Part shown: positions 52,820 through 64,000 of the stretch, in pieces
How positions within the stretch are numbered: the first letter of the stretch is position 1
Layout: each line of letters begins with the position of its first letter
Origin: Lytechinus pictus
Taxonomy: Eukaryota
Reading direction: 5' to 3'
DNA length: 64,000 bases
Assembly (NCBI RefSeq): GCF_037042905.1
Contig: NC_087251.1
Location: forward strand, 20,152,001-20,216,000
Program-made: the position numbers and the translations under genes
The notes under the pieces: model-generated
Databases searched by the model: none
Told to the model about the DNA's origin: nothing
Seen by the model: the letters and a program-made list of their open reading frames with translations, nothing else

Positions 52820-53507
52820 CTGCAAAAATAAAAAATAAAAATGTTACAATGGAAAGTAACGGGTAGGTGTATTTAGAGTTCAAGAGAGAATGCATCCGAT
52901 GATTTGATAATCATAAAAAAAAAACATTACAGTCAACAACAGCATGTGTACCTTCATTTTAAGTTTTTAGTCTGAAAAAAACCATGTATGATTTCATTTG
53001 ATTTTCATTTGATTTTCATTTGACTTTACTTCATGAGTTTCATCACAGATGCATCTTTTTTAGTAAAACACATGACAAAATACAAAATTCAGAAAAAACA
53101 GAGAAAATAATTATATACATGCATATATAATTTTTGCTTGTGGATAAAAAATAAGCTGTATCAGAGAGATAAGGGACCAGTCTTAGACTAATAGATAAAA
53201 CAAAACAAATTAGATAAAATAGTGGAAGTGACAGGAGACAAACCATCTATGGCTAGCAAAATAATAAAGGTAGAGGAAATACGAAACCAAATAAACTAAA
53301 ATATGTCATCAATTAAATGAACTATTACGTACATGTACCTGAAACTAATTCCAAGCTTTGATGGTTAATAACAAAAGAGAAATGTAATAAAGTCCATAAT
53401 GAAAAGAAAATTCCTCATCATATTTCTCTCAAATCTAATGACCTGATTGTAGCTACATGATATAATAACATGAAATACCTATTGCAGCCTAAGGAGAGTA
53501 CACTTAC

Positions 53508-53628
53508 CTTCCTTGTGTAATGTACTTTGGTTTGTCTACTTCTATACTCTGTACTAGTAACCTTGGGTCAACAGTTCTCACTTCTACATACTTTGGAAGC
53601 ACAGCGATGATATATGGCTGGTCATGTT
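53508..53628 (-). CDS. VPS39: VPS39 exon (121 nt): EHDQPYIIAVLPKYVEVRTVDPRLLVQSIEVDKPKYITQGS
   Basis: Acceptor atcag, donor gtaagt; PYIIAVLP and PRLLVQSIE motifs. Confidence 0.95.
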
Positions 53629-54167
53629 CTGATTATATATCAAGAAAAAATGGCATTTGTATATACAATACCAAGACATGAAAATCAAGAAGAAAGCAAA
53701 GTAGTTTTTATTAAAGTTTAAAAAAAACACTGTCTTTACCAAGATGCTACTGAATAAGAATTAAATCACAAGATGGAACATTACTGTTGATGCTACATTC
53801 TGCCAACAGTTTCAACTATCTATCTATCGATCTATCTACTCATTTTATCTATTCATTCATCTACTATTAATCAATTAATTTATTTATTGAATTTATTCAT
53901 TTCCATGATAAAAAAATACATATGAACAGATCAAGAAATAGAAATACCTAGCTCATTAATAGTATACAAATATTTCCTGGGGAGTGGTCAATTAATTTGG
54001 GAAAGGAACACTCTGGAGTAAATTGCCATTTTGTGGATCTTTCAGAGTGGAAGTCATACCTTGATAAGTTCATCATCATGAAGACTTTGTTCTGTATAAT
54101 ATGCCTAGTTCATATCACAACTAATAAATAATCAGGACATTACTATATATATGCTACCTAGTCTTAC

Positions 54168-54354
54168 CTAATACTAATGGAATGTCTGACCAAGTAAGGG
54201 CATATTTTTTGGCTGGTTGTCCCTCTGAATCGATGATAATACTCATGTTATCCCTTCCCAGGGCAAGCATGTCCTCAGAAAGTTTGGTGACGGTGGGTTC
54301 AGCTTGAGAAGCATTACCTGTTGTGAACAGATCCTTGGGCTGACCATTGTCAAT
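54168..54354 (-). CDS. VPS39: VPS39 exon (187 nt): IDNGQPKDLFTTGNASQAEPTVTKLSEDMLALGRDNMSIIIDSEGQPAKKYALTWSDIPLVL
   Basis: Acceptor tatag, donor gtaaga; open frame, phases 0 to 1 fit the neighbours. Confidence 0.93.
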
Positions 54355-55039
54355 CTATAAGAGAAAGAATTACATATATATATTAACATTTAAACCATTG
54401 CCTACTGGAAAAAGCCTATGGAAAGTTCTGAATTCAGTATTACAAAATTTCAGAGTTTGATATTGTAGGGACTCCTTTTAAAGCAATAAAGCAGATTGAA
54501 TAGTGAATGAAATAATGAACCTGCTCAGTTCAAACAGTTGGAAGTTTGGAAAGATGCCAATTTCACAATACTAATTTTTATGCTTCTTTGAATGATGTAA
54601 TACATGTAGACGACTTCTGGTGATAAAATTCAGTCTCTAGACTTATGACCATAATGTGGAGACTAAATTTCATCACCAGAAAGTCTTTATTACTTCATAT
54701 AATTTACTTGATTCACTTTTCCACTGAATCACTGGTAAGACAAGAAGCTAAAAAAAAGTATGTCATTAGTTATTCACAGCAGAATATATCATCTGTAGTG
54801 TAATTTTTTTTTAAAGTTTGAACACAGTGATTCCAATATGAAATCTAAATACATATTGTGCATGACCCCAAAATAGGCATGTCTGATAAAGTTGCATCAC
54901 CAAAATTTTCCCCCACTTATCAGTGATTCACCACCAACTTAGTGAATAGAAATTATTTTGATAAATGTTGATAGGGTTGATTGCTTTTCTTTTAGAATGT
55001 GTTTTTTTATCACATGGATATAGATATTGATGTATGGTA

Positions 55040-55537
55040 GGGGGTCCTAAAGCTACGCACCAATCATCGCGCATGCAGTTTTTAATTGCAAATGCGCACT
55101 CTGTGTGTGGAACTTAACTGTAACTGCAGAGTGACAAACGATACCTATTCAATTTTTTTCTACAGAGGCTGCAGTAAATCTCTAAATGCAGAGAAAACCA
55201 ACAACTGTTTGGAATTTTGGAGTTATATTCGTTTTAATTTCATTTTATCCTATAATAATGTGAACATATTTTAGAAATTGAGGCACAGGAAATACTATTT
55301 TTTTGCATGATAAATCGAGTGCGTAACTTTAGGACCCCTTCTACATCGGGCGGTGAAATCAAGAGGTGTTTGGAAAACACGGCGGGTTTTTCGTAATACG
55401 GGCGTTTTGTGATATTTTCTTCTTGGTTAGTGATCTTTAAAATATTTGCCACAAATTAGTGAAAGATAATTTATTCAAATATTAAAATTGGCATAGTTTT
55501 TACCGTTTGAAAACAAAGTGCTAGCTTTAGGTCCCCC
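55040..55537. mobile_element. TA-flanked MITE
   Basis: TA|gggggtcctaaagctacgcac ... gtgctagctttaggtccccc|TA; extra internal TIR copy at about 55319-55339. Confidence 0.8.
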
Positions 55538-55755
55538 TATCATACAATTACTTAGATACAGAATGGCTAAATCTATTGAGAGATAAGACGAGAAAGATTT
55601 TCCTGAATACCTAATTTGAAAATACTTATATTTCCTGTTATTTTTTCCATATTTCCTGTTCATTTCCCTCAAGCTTATTATATATTCAATGGACTCTTTG
55701 ATATACTACATGTATCTTTATCAAATTCACAAGAACCTAAACATTTTACAATATT

Positions 55756-57190
55756 AACAAGGCAAATGCCAAGCGTTGTCTCGCCTGCATATTGCAGTCA
55801 TGTAGAGACTGCATGTCAAATCTGAAGGGTGACATTTAAGAAACTTTGACAGCTTTTCTATTGTACCATTTATAAATGGTGCCAAGAACTATAGCTCATT
55901 AAATAAATAACAACAGTTTTTGAAGAATAAACAAGTAAAATACAAAATCTGGTTCAGGTATAGAGAGTACTGAGTTCTGAAGTAAAATGTTAGTGTTAAA
56001 AAGTATAAAATTATAAAGTTCATGTCACTAGAGGAACAAAGTAGTGTGAAAGTTCATTGACCTTTGACCTTAATCAAATTCAACTTACATTCGAACCTGA
56101 CCTGCACCTTCAAGAGATGGACCTCTGTTACGAGTTTGGCGATCCCACCTCGAAGCTATAGAAATGTATTGTGTGTACAAAATAGCACAGTGCCAGTCAT
56201 GGAAAGTTCATTGACCTTTGACCTTAATCAAATTCAACTCACATTTGAACTTGACCTGCACCTTCAAGAGATGGACCTCTTGTATGAATTTGGCAATCCT
56301 ACCTTGAAGATATAAAAAGTTATTATGTGTACAACACAGCACAGTGCCAGTCATGGAAAGTTCATTGACCTTTGACCTTAATCAAACTCAACTCACATTC
56401 GAACTTGACCTGCACCTTCAAAAGATGGACCTCTTGTATGAATTTGGCAATCCTACCTCGAAGATATAGAAAGTTATTGTGTGTACAGCACAGCACAGTG
56501 CCAGTCATGGAAAGTTCATTGACCTTTGACCTTATTCAAATTTGGCTCACATTTGAACTTGACCTGCACCTTTAAGAGATGGACCTCTGTTATGAATTTG
56601 GCGATCTCACCTCGAAGCTATAGAAAGTTATTGTGTGTACAACACAGCACAGTGCCAGTCATGGCAAGTTCATTGACCTTTGACCTTATTCACATTCGAC
56701 TAATATTCAAACTTGACCTGTGCCTTCAGGAGATGGACCTCTGGTATGAATTTGGCGATCCCAACTCGAAGCTGTAGAAAGTTATTGTGTGTACAACACA
56801 GCACAGTGCCAGTCATGGAAAGTTCATTGACCTTTTACCTTTGACCTTATTCACATTTCGACTCATATTCAAACTTGACCTGTGCCTTCAGGAGATGGAC
56901 CTCTGGTATGAATTTGGCGATCCCACCTCGAAGATATAGAAAGTTATTATGTGTACAACATAGCACAGTGCCAGTCATGGAAAGTTCATTGACCTTTGAC
57001 CTTTGACCTTATTCAAATTCGACTCATATTCGAACTTGACCTGTGCCTTCAGGAGATGGACCTCTGGTATGAATTTGGTGATCCCACCTCGAAGCTATAG
57101 AAAGTTATTGGGTGTACAACACAATTGTTGACGACGACGCCGGAAATAGTGATACCTATGTCTCGCTCCGCTACGCAGGCGAGACAAAAA
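55756..57190 (-). mobile_element. HINE-like element of a related family with about 7 internal 154-bp tandem repeats (56040-57122)
   Basis: aacaag...gtctcgcctgcat at one end and gtctcgctccgctacgcaggcgagacaaaaa at the other; (GAC)n tract; gaaagttcattgacctttgacctt recurs every 154 bp. Confidence 0.8.
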
Positions 57191-57208
57191 GAAGAAAACT
57201 GTGCTTAC

Positions 57209-57301
57209 ATTGATGAGAAAGTAGTCTCTTTTGAAGCCAACACAGAGGGAGTTTTCACACCATGACATAGCTTTCGGAACATCGGGAACTCCTAGATCAG
57301 G
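57209..57301 (-). CDS. VPS39: VPS39 exon (93 nt): PDLGVPDVPKAMSWCENSLCVGFKRDYFLIN
   Basis: Acceptor ttcag, donor gtaagc; highly conserved Vps39 motif. Confidence 0.95.
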
Positions 57302-57541
57302 CTGAAATCATTCAAACAGAAAATTATCATAAAAAAAAATAGAAAATAAAAATTTTCAGTAGTAGTTTAATACAATTTCAGAATGAGTTGAAGTATTTGT
57401 ACCAACGATATGTACATGTCAAATGATTCTGGAAGAAAATAAGCCTGTCATTATATTATTATACTGGTCTATTTCCAAGATTTTACAAATCCATACATGT
57501 ACAATGTATGCACACCTGTGCTTTCACACGTTCAACATTAC

Positions 57542-57811
57542 GGGCCCCGTCTTACAAAGAGTTACGATTGATCACAACTGTATGGAAATCCATCCATACC
57601 ATAATTTCTTCTACAGGACATTTACACAATATCCTTTTTGATAGTAAAAGAGAGAATCACACTGAATCTTCAAGAGAATGATGAATGTATGAATATACAT
57701 CATATCTAGAAAATATTTTGAAGAAAATATGCATTTTAGATGTTGAACGTCGCTGGCCGTCCATAGTTGTGATTGATCGGATCAATCGCAACTCTTTGTA
57801 AGACAGGGCCC
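57542..57811. mobile_element. MITE with GGGCCC termini
   Basis: gggccccgtcttacaaagagttacgattgatc ... gatcaatcgcaactctttgtaagacagggccc; degenerate relative at about 37122-37278. Confidence 0.85.
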
Positions 57812-58473
57812 TGGATTGAGCTACTAATCATCATTTCACATTTCTTGGTTTTTTTTTTACATTCTCTGAGTTATCAAAGGTGTTCTTCAAAAGAAAGAAA
57901 TCACCTTTACTGCATTTTAATAAATGAATCTTCATAATTTTCTAGGATATTGCTCACAAACAACTATTTCAACTTAATCTCTAACGGGGTGTGTCAGATC
58001 TTACCTGACTAATAAAATGAAGAAAAAAAATCATCTTGTTATAAAGACTCAAAATTATTGCAAACTGTGACTTCTCCAGTGTGGCTTTAAATATATCTGA
58101 CTTTTTGTACCAACAACAAAAATCAACTGTTATAAATGACTAATTTCTCAATACTTAATTCTGTAGTCTGTAATAGCAACTATGAAATGTGACACTAGTG
58201 ACCACTGGTTATTTTCCACAAGGTCAAAATTACTTAATAAAACACACAACTATTTTCAGCTTCCACTTGTACACCAATAAAAGTTGATTCATGTTGTGAG
58301 CAATCTAGATTGTACAGAATTTTGAAGATTCATCTCAAATTTATAAATTTAGTGAACATGATTTCTTTCTTTCAATGAACATTTCTGAAATTTCAACAGG
58401 TATCGAAAAAGGAAATGTAAGAGGAGTGAAGAACATTCTCATTTGACTGAAATAATATAATATAACCCCTTAC

Positions 58474-58581
58474 CTTGAGTTCTTCAAATGTTCTATTTTT
58501 CCAGATGAATAGTTGAAGTTTTCTTTTGACAGCTACACATAGCTTCAAAGTAAACTGGACACCTCCTCCAATATTCACTTT
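58474..58581 (-). CDS. VPS39: VPS39 exon (108 nt): KVNIGGGVQFTLKLCVAVKRKLQLFIWKNRTFEELK
   Basis: Acceptor aacag, donor gtaagg; CVAVKRKLQL motif. Confidence 0.92.
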
Positions 58582-59748
58582 CTGTTGATAAAATATGACA
58601 AAATTATATGATATCCATTCTGCCGAGTTCTCAAGCACTAATTGTCATTATTACCCTGGCTATAGCCAATACGTGAACGGACAACATCCTGTGACAGCAG
58701 TACAAAGTTAACGGTTAATTACAATTGTTTAAATCAATCACTTTAAATTTTACATGTATATCTGATTGTGCATTATTATTTTGTTTACCATAATGGAAAT
58801 CTTGAATTAATGAAATATAATATAGTTATGATGCTGACTCAAAAGTAAACTTGCAACAGAGCTCTGGACCATGCTGCTAGTAAAACATACATTAACTTCA
58901 CGGACTAACAATTACTGCTCATTTCAATGATTTTCACCCTGTATTGAAGGTATGGACCTTAGGTTTAATGACTTATAAACCCTAAACCACACGGCCACGA
59001 TTATCATTTTTAAAGAGGAAATTCACTCGGACGTCAATAAAATAAAAGAATGGAAGAATAAGTTTTGATTTATAATGTCACATGCAAGCAGGTCATGTGA
59101 TGTTCTATAAAATTACATTTTGTCAGAAAATGAAAAACAAGTCATTCATGCATTTAACAGACACATACATGTACATGAGGAATTTAAATGGGAAATAATG
59201 GATTTTATATTACACAACATATTGGGCATATGCTTGCATGTGAATTCACAAAATCAAATTGAGTACATATGAATATAAGGATGACCCAAGTCCATGATAC
59301 TTCATTTAAAGTAAATGAAGAACAAATTTTGTGTTGGTCCAGTGAGGATTTTTTTTAAATTTATCATTCATTTCAGTCACTTCTTGGTGGACTTCAGGAT
59401 ACAAATTACACACAAGATGGCCTCAGGTACAAGCAACAGTTTCCAATGTTTAACTCAATTTATAAGCCATATTCATAAACTAAATTTTCATCCATGAAGC
59501 ATAGAAAATACCTGAGGGCGACAGGGGATTTTGCCCTCATGACGGCCCAAATCAACCTCAAAATTCCCCCAAAATGCATGCTGTTGGGCGACCTTTCTTT
59601 CTAGAGTCACCCCAAGATCTGCCACAAACATTATTCAGGATTATTTCCTACACTATATCCATGTCAAACCTTGATTGATATTTTAGAATATAAAGACAGT
59701 CAATATTCTCTGAATTCTGTTTTCTAATGATTACAACTTTTATCTCAC

Positions 59749-59843
59749 CTGCATGTATGTAGAAAATAGGGTAGCTCCCTTGGTTTTGGCAATGCTTGTG
59801 ATTGATGTGAAATGATTCAGCTCATGCACGTTAATAACAGCAT
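59749..59843 (-). CDS. VPS39: VPS39 exon (95 nt): DAVINVHELNHFTSITSIAKTKGATLFSTYMQ
   Basis: Acceptor aatag, donor gtgaga; not in the ORF track; resembles NNIYVHDLLTFQQITTVSKAKGASLF. Confidence 0.9.
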
Positions 59844-61796
59844 CTATTGGGACAACAAATAATGATATCCATTGACTGTATCAAATTCATAATGCTTGTA
59901 TGTTCTATCCGTTTTAAGATGTTCAAGCTACATGTATAGTCCAGTAAATGCTTTCAATGGTAATTATGCTAACATTTTTGGCAAAATCACAACTAAATAG
60001 CCCTTGGTAATAAAATATTTTTTGAAGAGTAGATGTAAGTAAAATGACAACAAAAATTGTCAATGAACTATTACACTTCAGTATCAACATGACAAAAATA
60101 AGAATAGTCAGAAAATGATTTGAATAGGAAGAATTTGGCAATAATCTGTGTGGATATCTGTCGTAGGCTACAATCACTATGAAGTCACTAATAGGAAGTA
60201 TGATTGCTAGAATTTCATGGAGATACAAGTTTCTGCAGGAAACAATGATATCGTGAAGGGGGGGGGGTATTATCCCAGGTGATAGCAAAACAAGACCTTG
60301 GAGAGCTTTCATCAATGGCATTAAATTTACCAAGTAAAAACACAGCATATCAAAACTACAACCAGTTGAATAAAAATGTCATGTCACAGACCACTGGGAT
60401 TATCCACTTGAACTGGAGAATTGAATGACTCATAACACTCATCAGAGTAGTATTCTGTCAGCGTTAATGTCAAAATCTACATGTATACAGACAGCCCTGA
60501 GTCTGTTGCTAAAATTATCTAGAATAACACTAGTAGTATTGGTACATTCACATCAAATAATTGTTTTATTTGACCATGGAGAGACAGTGAGATTGTGAAG
60601 TATCTACCTTGGGAGATTACATTTAAAAGCTAATTTTGACTGAGACACAAATATCAATCATGACTTGTGTAAATGTGTTTATATTATAATTATAACCTAT
60701 ATTTAGCTCATTTGGAATATAATATGGTTTTCAGGTTACCATGACTGACAACACATTGGGGTTCCCTACAAATAACTTTATTTTACAATGAATAAAAAGG
60801 CAGAGCAGATTAACACAATGAGCATTTTAAAATGACACTTTTCATAGATATGCTAACTTGCTATTGAAAGGTATCATGAGATTATTTGAGAAAATGTGGC
60901 ATTCATTAGGAGAGCTTGTCCCCCTAATCAAATGTTTTGATTGAATTCACCTGAACACGACCCAACACACCAAAGTTATATGAATCATACAATACACCAA
61001 TACTTTCAAGAAACCTGTAACAAGGGACCAGTCACACAAACTTTCTGGATTGATCATGGGATATTCATCATTGAATCCATTGATCATTATGTGTGATCGA
61101 TCATTAATTCAACTGTACTATTGATCACTAAGCTTAATATTACATGTTCCAGGTTGTGTCAAACAAGCTCTGCAAAGGCTTCAACAATTTGGCTTGTAAT
61201 CTACAACCAAGGAATCTCCAAATTGCAGATACAGTATTAGTCATGCCACTTAACAAAAAATCTTACACATAACTTGTACACGTATGTTTCACACACAGAC
61301 ACAGTTTATTACTAAACTATGAATAAAGATGAATCATCAATGCTCAGCTAGAATGTTAAAAAAAATTGCCAGTAAAGTGAGAGGTTAGTTAAAGGTTAGT
61401 TTACAAACCTTGTGATAAGTATTCGTAAGTGTATCTTGCCTTAACCATGTTCTTAGCAACACTATACCCCATGCAAGGTAACCAGTTTTGGATATCATGA
61501 ACGTTTATTGAGGGAAAATATAAATAAAAATATATTTTTAAACTTATTTTTCATACTTAAACTAGACTACATATAGACTGAGAACCTACAATTTCACAAC
61601 AATTCGATCTCTGATGGTCTCACTTATATCCCTAGATATTGTACTATAAACAATGTTTTGATAAAATCAAATCAAATCACATACCTTTATATTAAAGACC
61701 TCAAAAATAAAATATAATACTGTAGGTGACTTGTAAAGTGCAAAATCCACTCTCTAGAGTCCTCAAGGTGCATAAAGAGCTATTGAAATGAATTAA

Positions 61797-62404
61797 AGGT
61801 TTCATCTAGATTTTTTTAAAAGCCAAAATGAATTAACGACGTTCCATAGTTAAAATGAAATCCATGTCATTTTCACCAAATTTTGCAGCTTCTTTTGCAC
61901 CTGAATATTTTGAATCCCCATACGCAAAAAATAACCTGGGTTCATGTGTTAGGTTTTTTGCTATTGAGCTTTGAAGTTCACCCAATGGTGGATTCTCAAT
62001 ATGGTGCGTCATCTATCAGTTGCAGCGAACAGGCCAAATTTCTAACTTTGGGGTAGACATCGTGCTCAGGCGCAGGCAGCGCACAGTGCTAGTGCTTGAA
62101 AAATGAAAAACATACGGCAAAATTCACCAAAAAGGGTCTAAAGTTTGCAAAGAAATATGCGGGCAAATTTCTCTACCTCCTGGACCCCAGTAAACAGCAT
62201 ACGGTCGAGCCGTGTTGGCCAGCGCTGAATAATCGCATGCATGCATTCACTTTAGTACTAGCACGAGAGCACCAACGAGATCACTACATTAAGCCTGAGA
62301 TTAAACGAGTCGATCGCTGAGTCAAAATTCATGTAACTTTCATCAAATTTCACAGTTTAGTGAAGAATTGTCTACTGAAGAATATATTGCTATTCATTTT
62401 CCCT
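61797..62404. mobile_element. Possible TTAA-flanked element with weak TIRs and a CpG-rich interior
   Basis: TTAA|AGG ... CCT|TTAA ends and a composition shift, but a poor TIR match. Confidence 0.35.
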
Positions 62405-62646
62405 TTAACGCTAGCAGCACCTTCATTTCTTTCAAATGGTGTGAAAGATGACCAAAACATAATCTAAAAAAGTACAAAATTTCTATAACATTTCTGAGAA
62501 GTGCAATAAATGCTGGCACACTTTTTTTATAATGAAAACAGTGACAACATACATGTACACAAATATAGGCCTAACTACTGATTTTGTATGTGTTGACATC
62601 AACACAGTGAAGGGATTGAGCAAGATGATTACTGTGATTATCTTAC

Positions 62647-62754
62647 CTGAAAGACTAATGACAATCTGCATCTCCGGAATGCATTCCAGTTGTTGAATTG
62701 GCTTCTTAGAAAATGACTTGAAAGACTTGAGGAGATCCACTTTAAATGTACCCA
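62647..62754 (-). CDS. VPS39: VPS39 exon (108 nt, phase 1-1): GTFKVDLLKSFKSFSKKPIQQLECIPEMQIVISLS
   Basis: Acceptor atcag, donor gtaaga; resembles Vps39 FEVTLEKSNKNFSKKIQQI. Confidence 0.88.
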
Positions 62755-63070
62755 CTGATAAACATTTAGAAATAATAATTAAAAAAAAACATGTGAAAAA
62801 GTTAGTTCTACATACAGAGAGAAAAACTGTTAGAATAGATTCAGCTACAATGTTCAGTAATTCCATTATCACAAAATCATCTGTCAGCTTTATTTACAAA
62901 CTGTGTATTACTACACGTATATGATACATGTACATGTACAGTATGTTGCAATAGATCACCATCATCGGGCAAGAAAAAAAATGATAAAGGGGGGGGGGAA
63001 CTTGCCTCCAAATTGCTGAAAATAGTCCTCAGCCCCAATTACTTGGTCCAGGACAAAGTGTATTTTTTCA

Positions 63071-63352
63071 TAATAACAAATAATAATATAGGATTTGTAT
63101 AGCGCACGTATCCACCTTGCTAGGTGCTCAAGGTGCTCCTATATTACCCTTGCTAAGCTAGTCTACCGATTCTGGTGCGCACAGCTTTTTGAGGAATTAC
63201 TTCCTGCCGGTACCCATTTACCTCACCTGGGTCGAGTGCAGCACAGTGTGGATAAATTTCTTGCCGAAGGAAAACATGCCATGGCTAGGATTCGAACCCA
63301 CGACCTTCTGTCTGAAAGGCGAGAGTCAGAACCACTAGACCACGACGCGCCC
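63071..63352 (-). mobile_element. Full-length tRNA-derived SINE (SURF1-like, from memory)
   Basis: Minus strand reads gggcgcgtcgtggtctagtgg (A box) ... ggttcgaatcc (B box), then body and a (TTA)-rich tail. Confidence 0.85.
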
Positions 63353-63418
63353 ACATGAACAGAAGTACGTACGACAAAGCCCTATCCCTCTCGTTCAGAA
63401 AATAGAATTCCCTCACCA

Positions 63419-64000
63419 GGGCCGTCTGCACCATCCCGAAGTTTCAAATTAGCGCGCTATTTCTGATCCGGCAAATTATCCCGATCTGAAAAATCTCGAG
63501 ATAGTTGGCGGTGCAGACGCAATTATCGCGCTAGTTCGTAGGATTAATCTCGAGATTGCAATCCCAAGTCAACTCGGGTTTATTTGCAAAATAGCGCGCT
63601 ATTTTACGAATTATCCCGCTAATTCGTCGGTGCAGACGCACTCGAGATTGGACTCGGGGTAATTTATTCATGACGTCAGTCCATAATGCAATTCGCGTTC
63701 CACTTCCGCCTTGGTCAAAACATAAACACGTGCGAAAGTCAACTTTATACATGCGAATAGCGTTCATAAGCAACGATGGTGTCCCCACCAGTGAATGGAT
63801 TTTGGGAGAGACCCCGGGAGAGACCAGACCGAAGGGGGAGGCGCTCAGCATCGCATCGACGATGGTCATATTCAATAACAACACTGACAGCAGTGTTGTC
63901 TTATTCCTTCGCAAAATGTGAGCAAATAGCATTTCTTTCCTCCTTCTCCCTCTCTCTCTCTCTCTATCTCTGTCGTTGCCTCCTACTCCGCCATCATATT
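63419..64000. mobile_element. Probable left arm of a CpG-rich DNA transposon; other end outside the window
   Basis: Starts gggccgtctgcacc, inverted internally twice as cggtgcagacgc; palindrome tagcgcgcta twice; ctcgagat three times. Confidence 0.55.

Larger units (their letters stand above)
42169..62754 (-). other. VPS39: VPS39 (Vam6/Vps39-like, HOPS complex subunit) gene, partial: 17 coding exons traced, 5' and 3' ends not found in the window
   Basis: All 17 exons have AG/GT borders and compatible phases. The joined translation follows metazoan Vps39 as I recall it (CNH domain, then Vps39_1 and clathrin-repeat region), e.g. DVPKAMSWCENSLCVGFKRDY, IIDTTLLKCYLQTNDALVAPLLRL, EERALLLGRLGRHEQAL. 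Confidence 0.96.

Noticed and set aside
56064..56777. Repeated MTLIK...FKRWTS ORFs
   Set aside because: They arise from the 154-bp satellite, which is not a multiple of 3, inside a non-autonomous element.
63280..63352. tRNA gene on the minus strand
   Set aside because: It is the head of a SINE whose body recurs at 5366-5545.
63531..63932. 133-aa minus-strand ORF as a VPS39 5' exon or a transposase
   Set aside because: It does not resemble the Vps39 N-terminus or a DDE domain and overlaps palindromic repeat sequence.

Overview
AT-rich eukaryotic genomic DNA. The repeat landscape suggests a marine invertebrate, probably a sea urchin (inference only). The right third holds a minus-strand, intron-rich VPS39 (Vam6/Vps39, HOPS subunit) gene. 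I traced 17 GT-AG exons from 62754 down to 42169; they splice in frame to 2327 nt (about 775 codons). The first exons lie beyond the window, and I could not find the C-terminal Cys/His exons anywhere in the remaining 42 kb. The most unusual structure is a polarised tandem array (49738-51312) of about 10 duplicates of the splice acceptor plus the first 84 nt of one VPS39 exon. The five youngest 145-bp copies differ from the real exon almost only at synonymous sites. The rest of the window is non-coding and contains three Helentron-type (HINE/Tsp-like) elements with internal satellites, TTAA-flanked foldback MITEs, GGGCC-ended and TA-flanked MITEs, tRNA-derived SINEs, small hairpins and microsatellites. 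Most ORFs in the supplied track are spurious.
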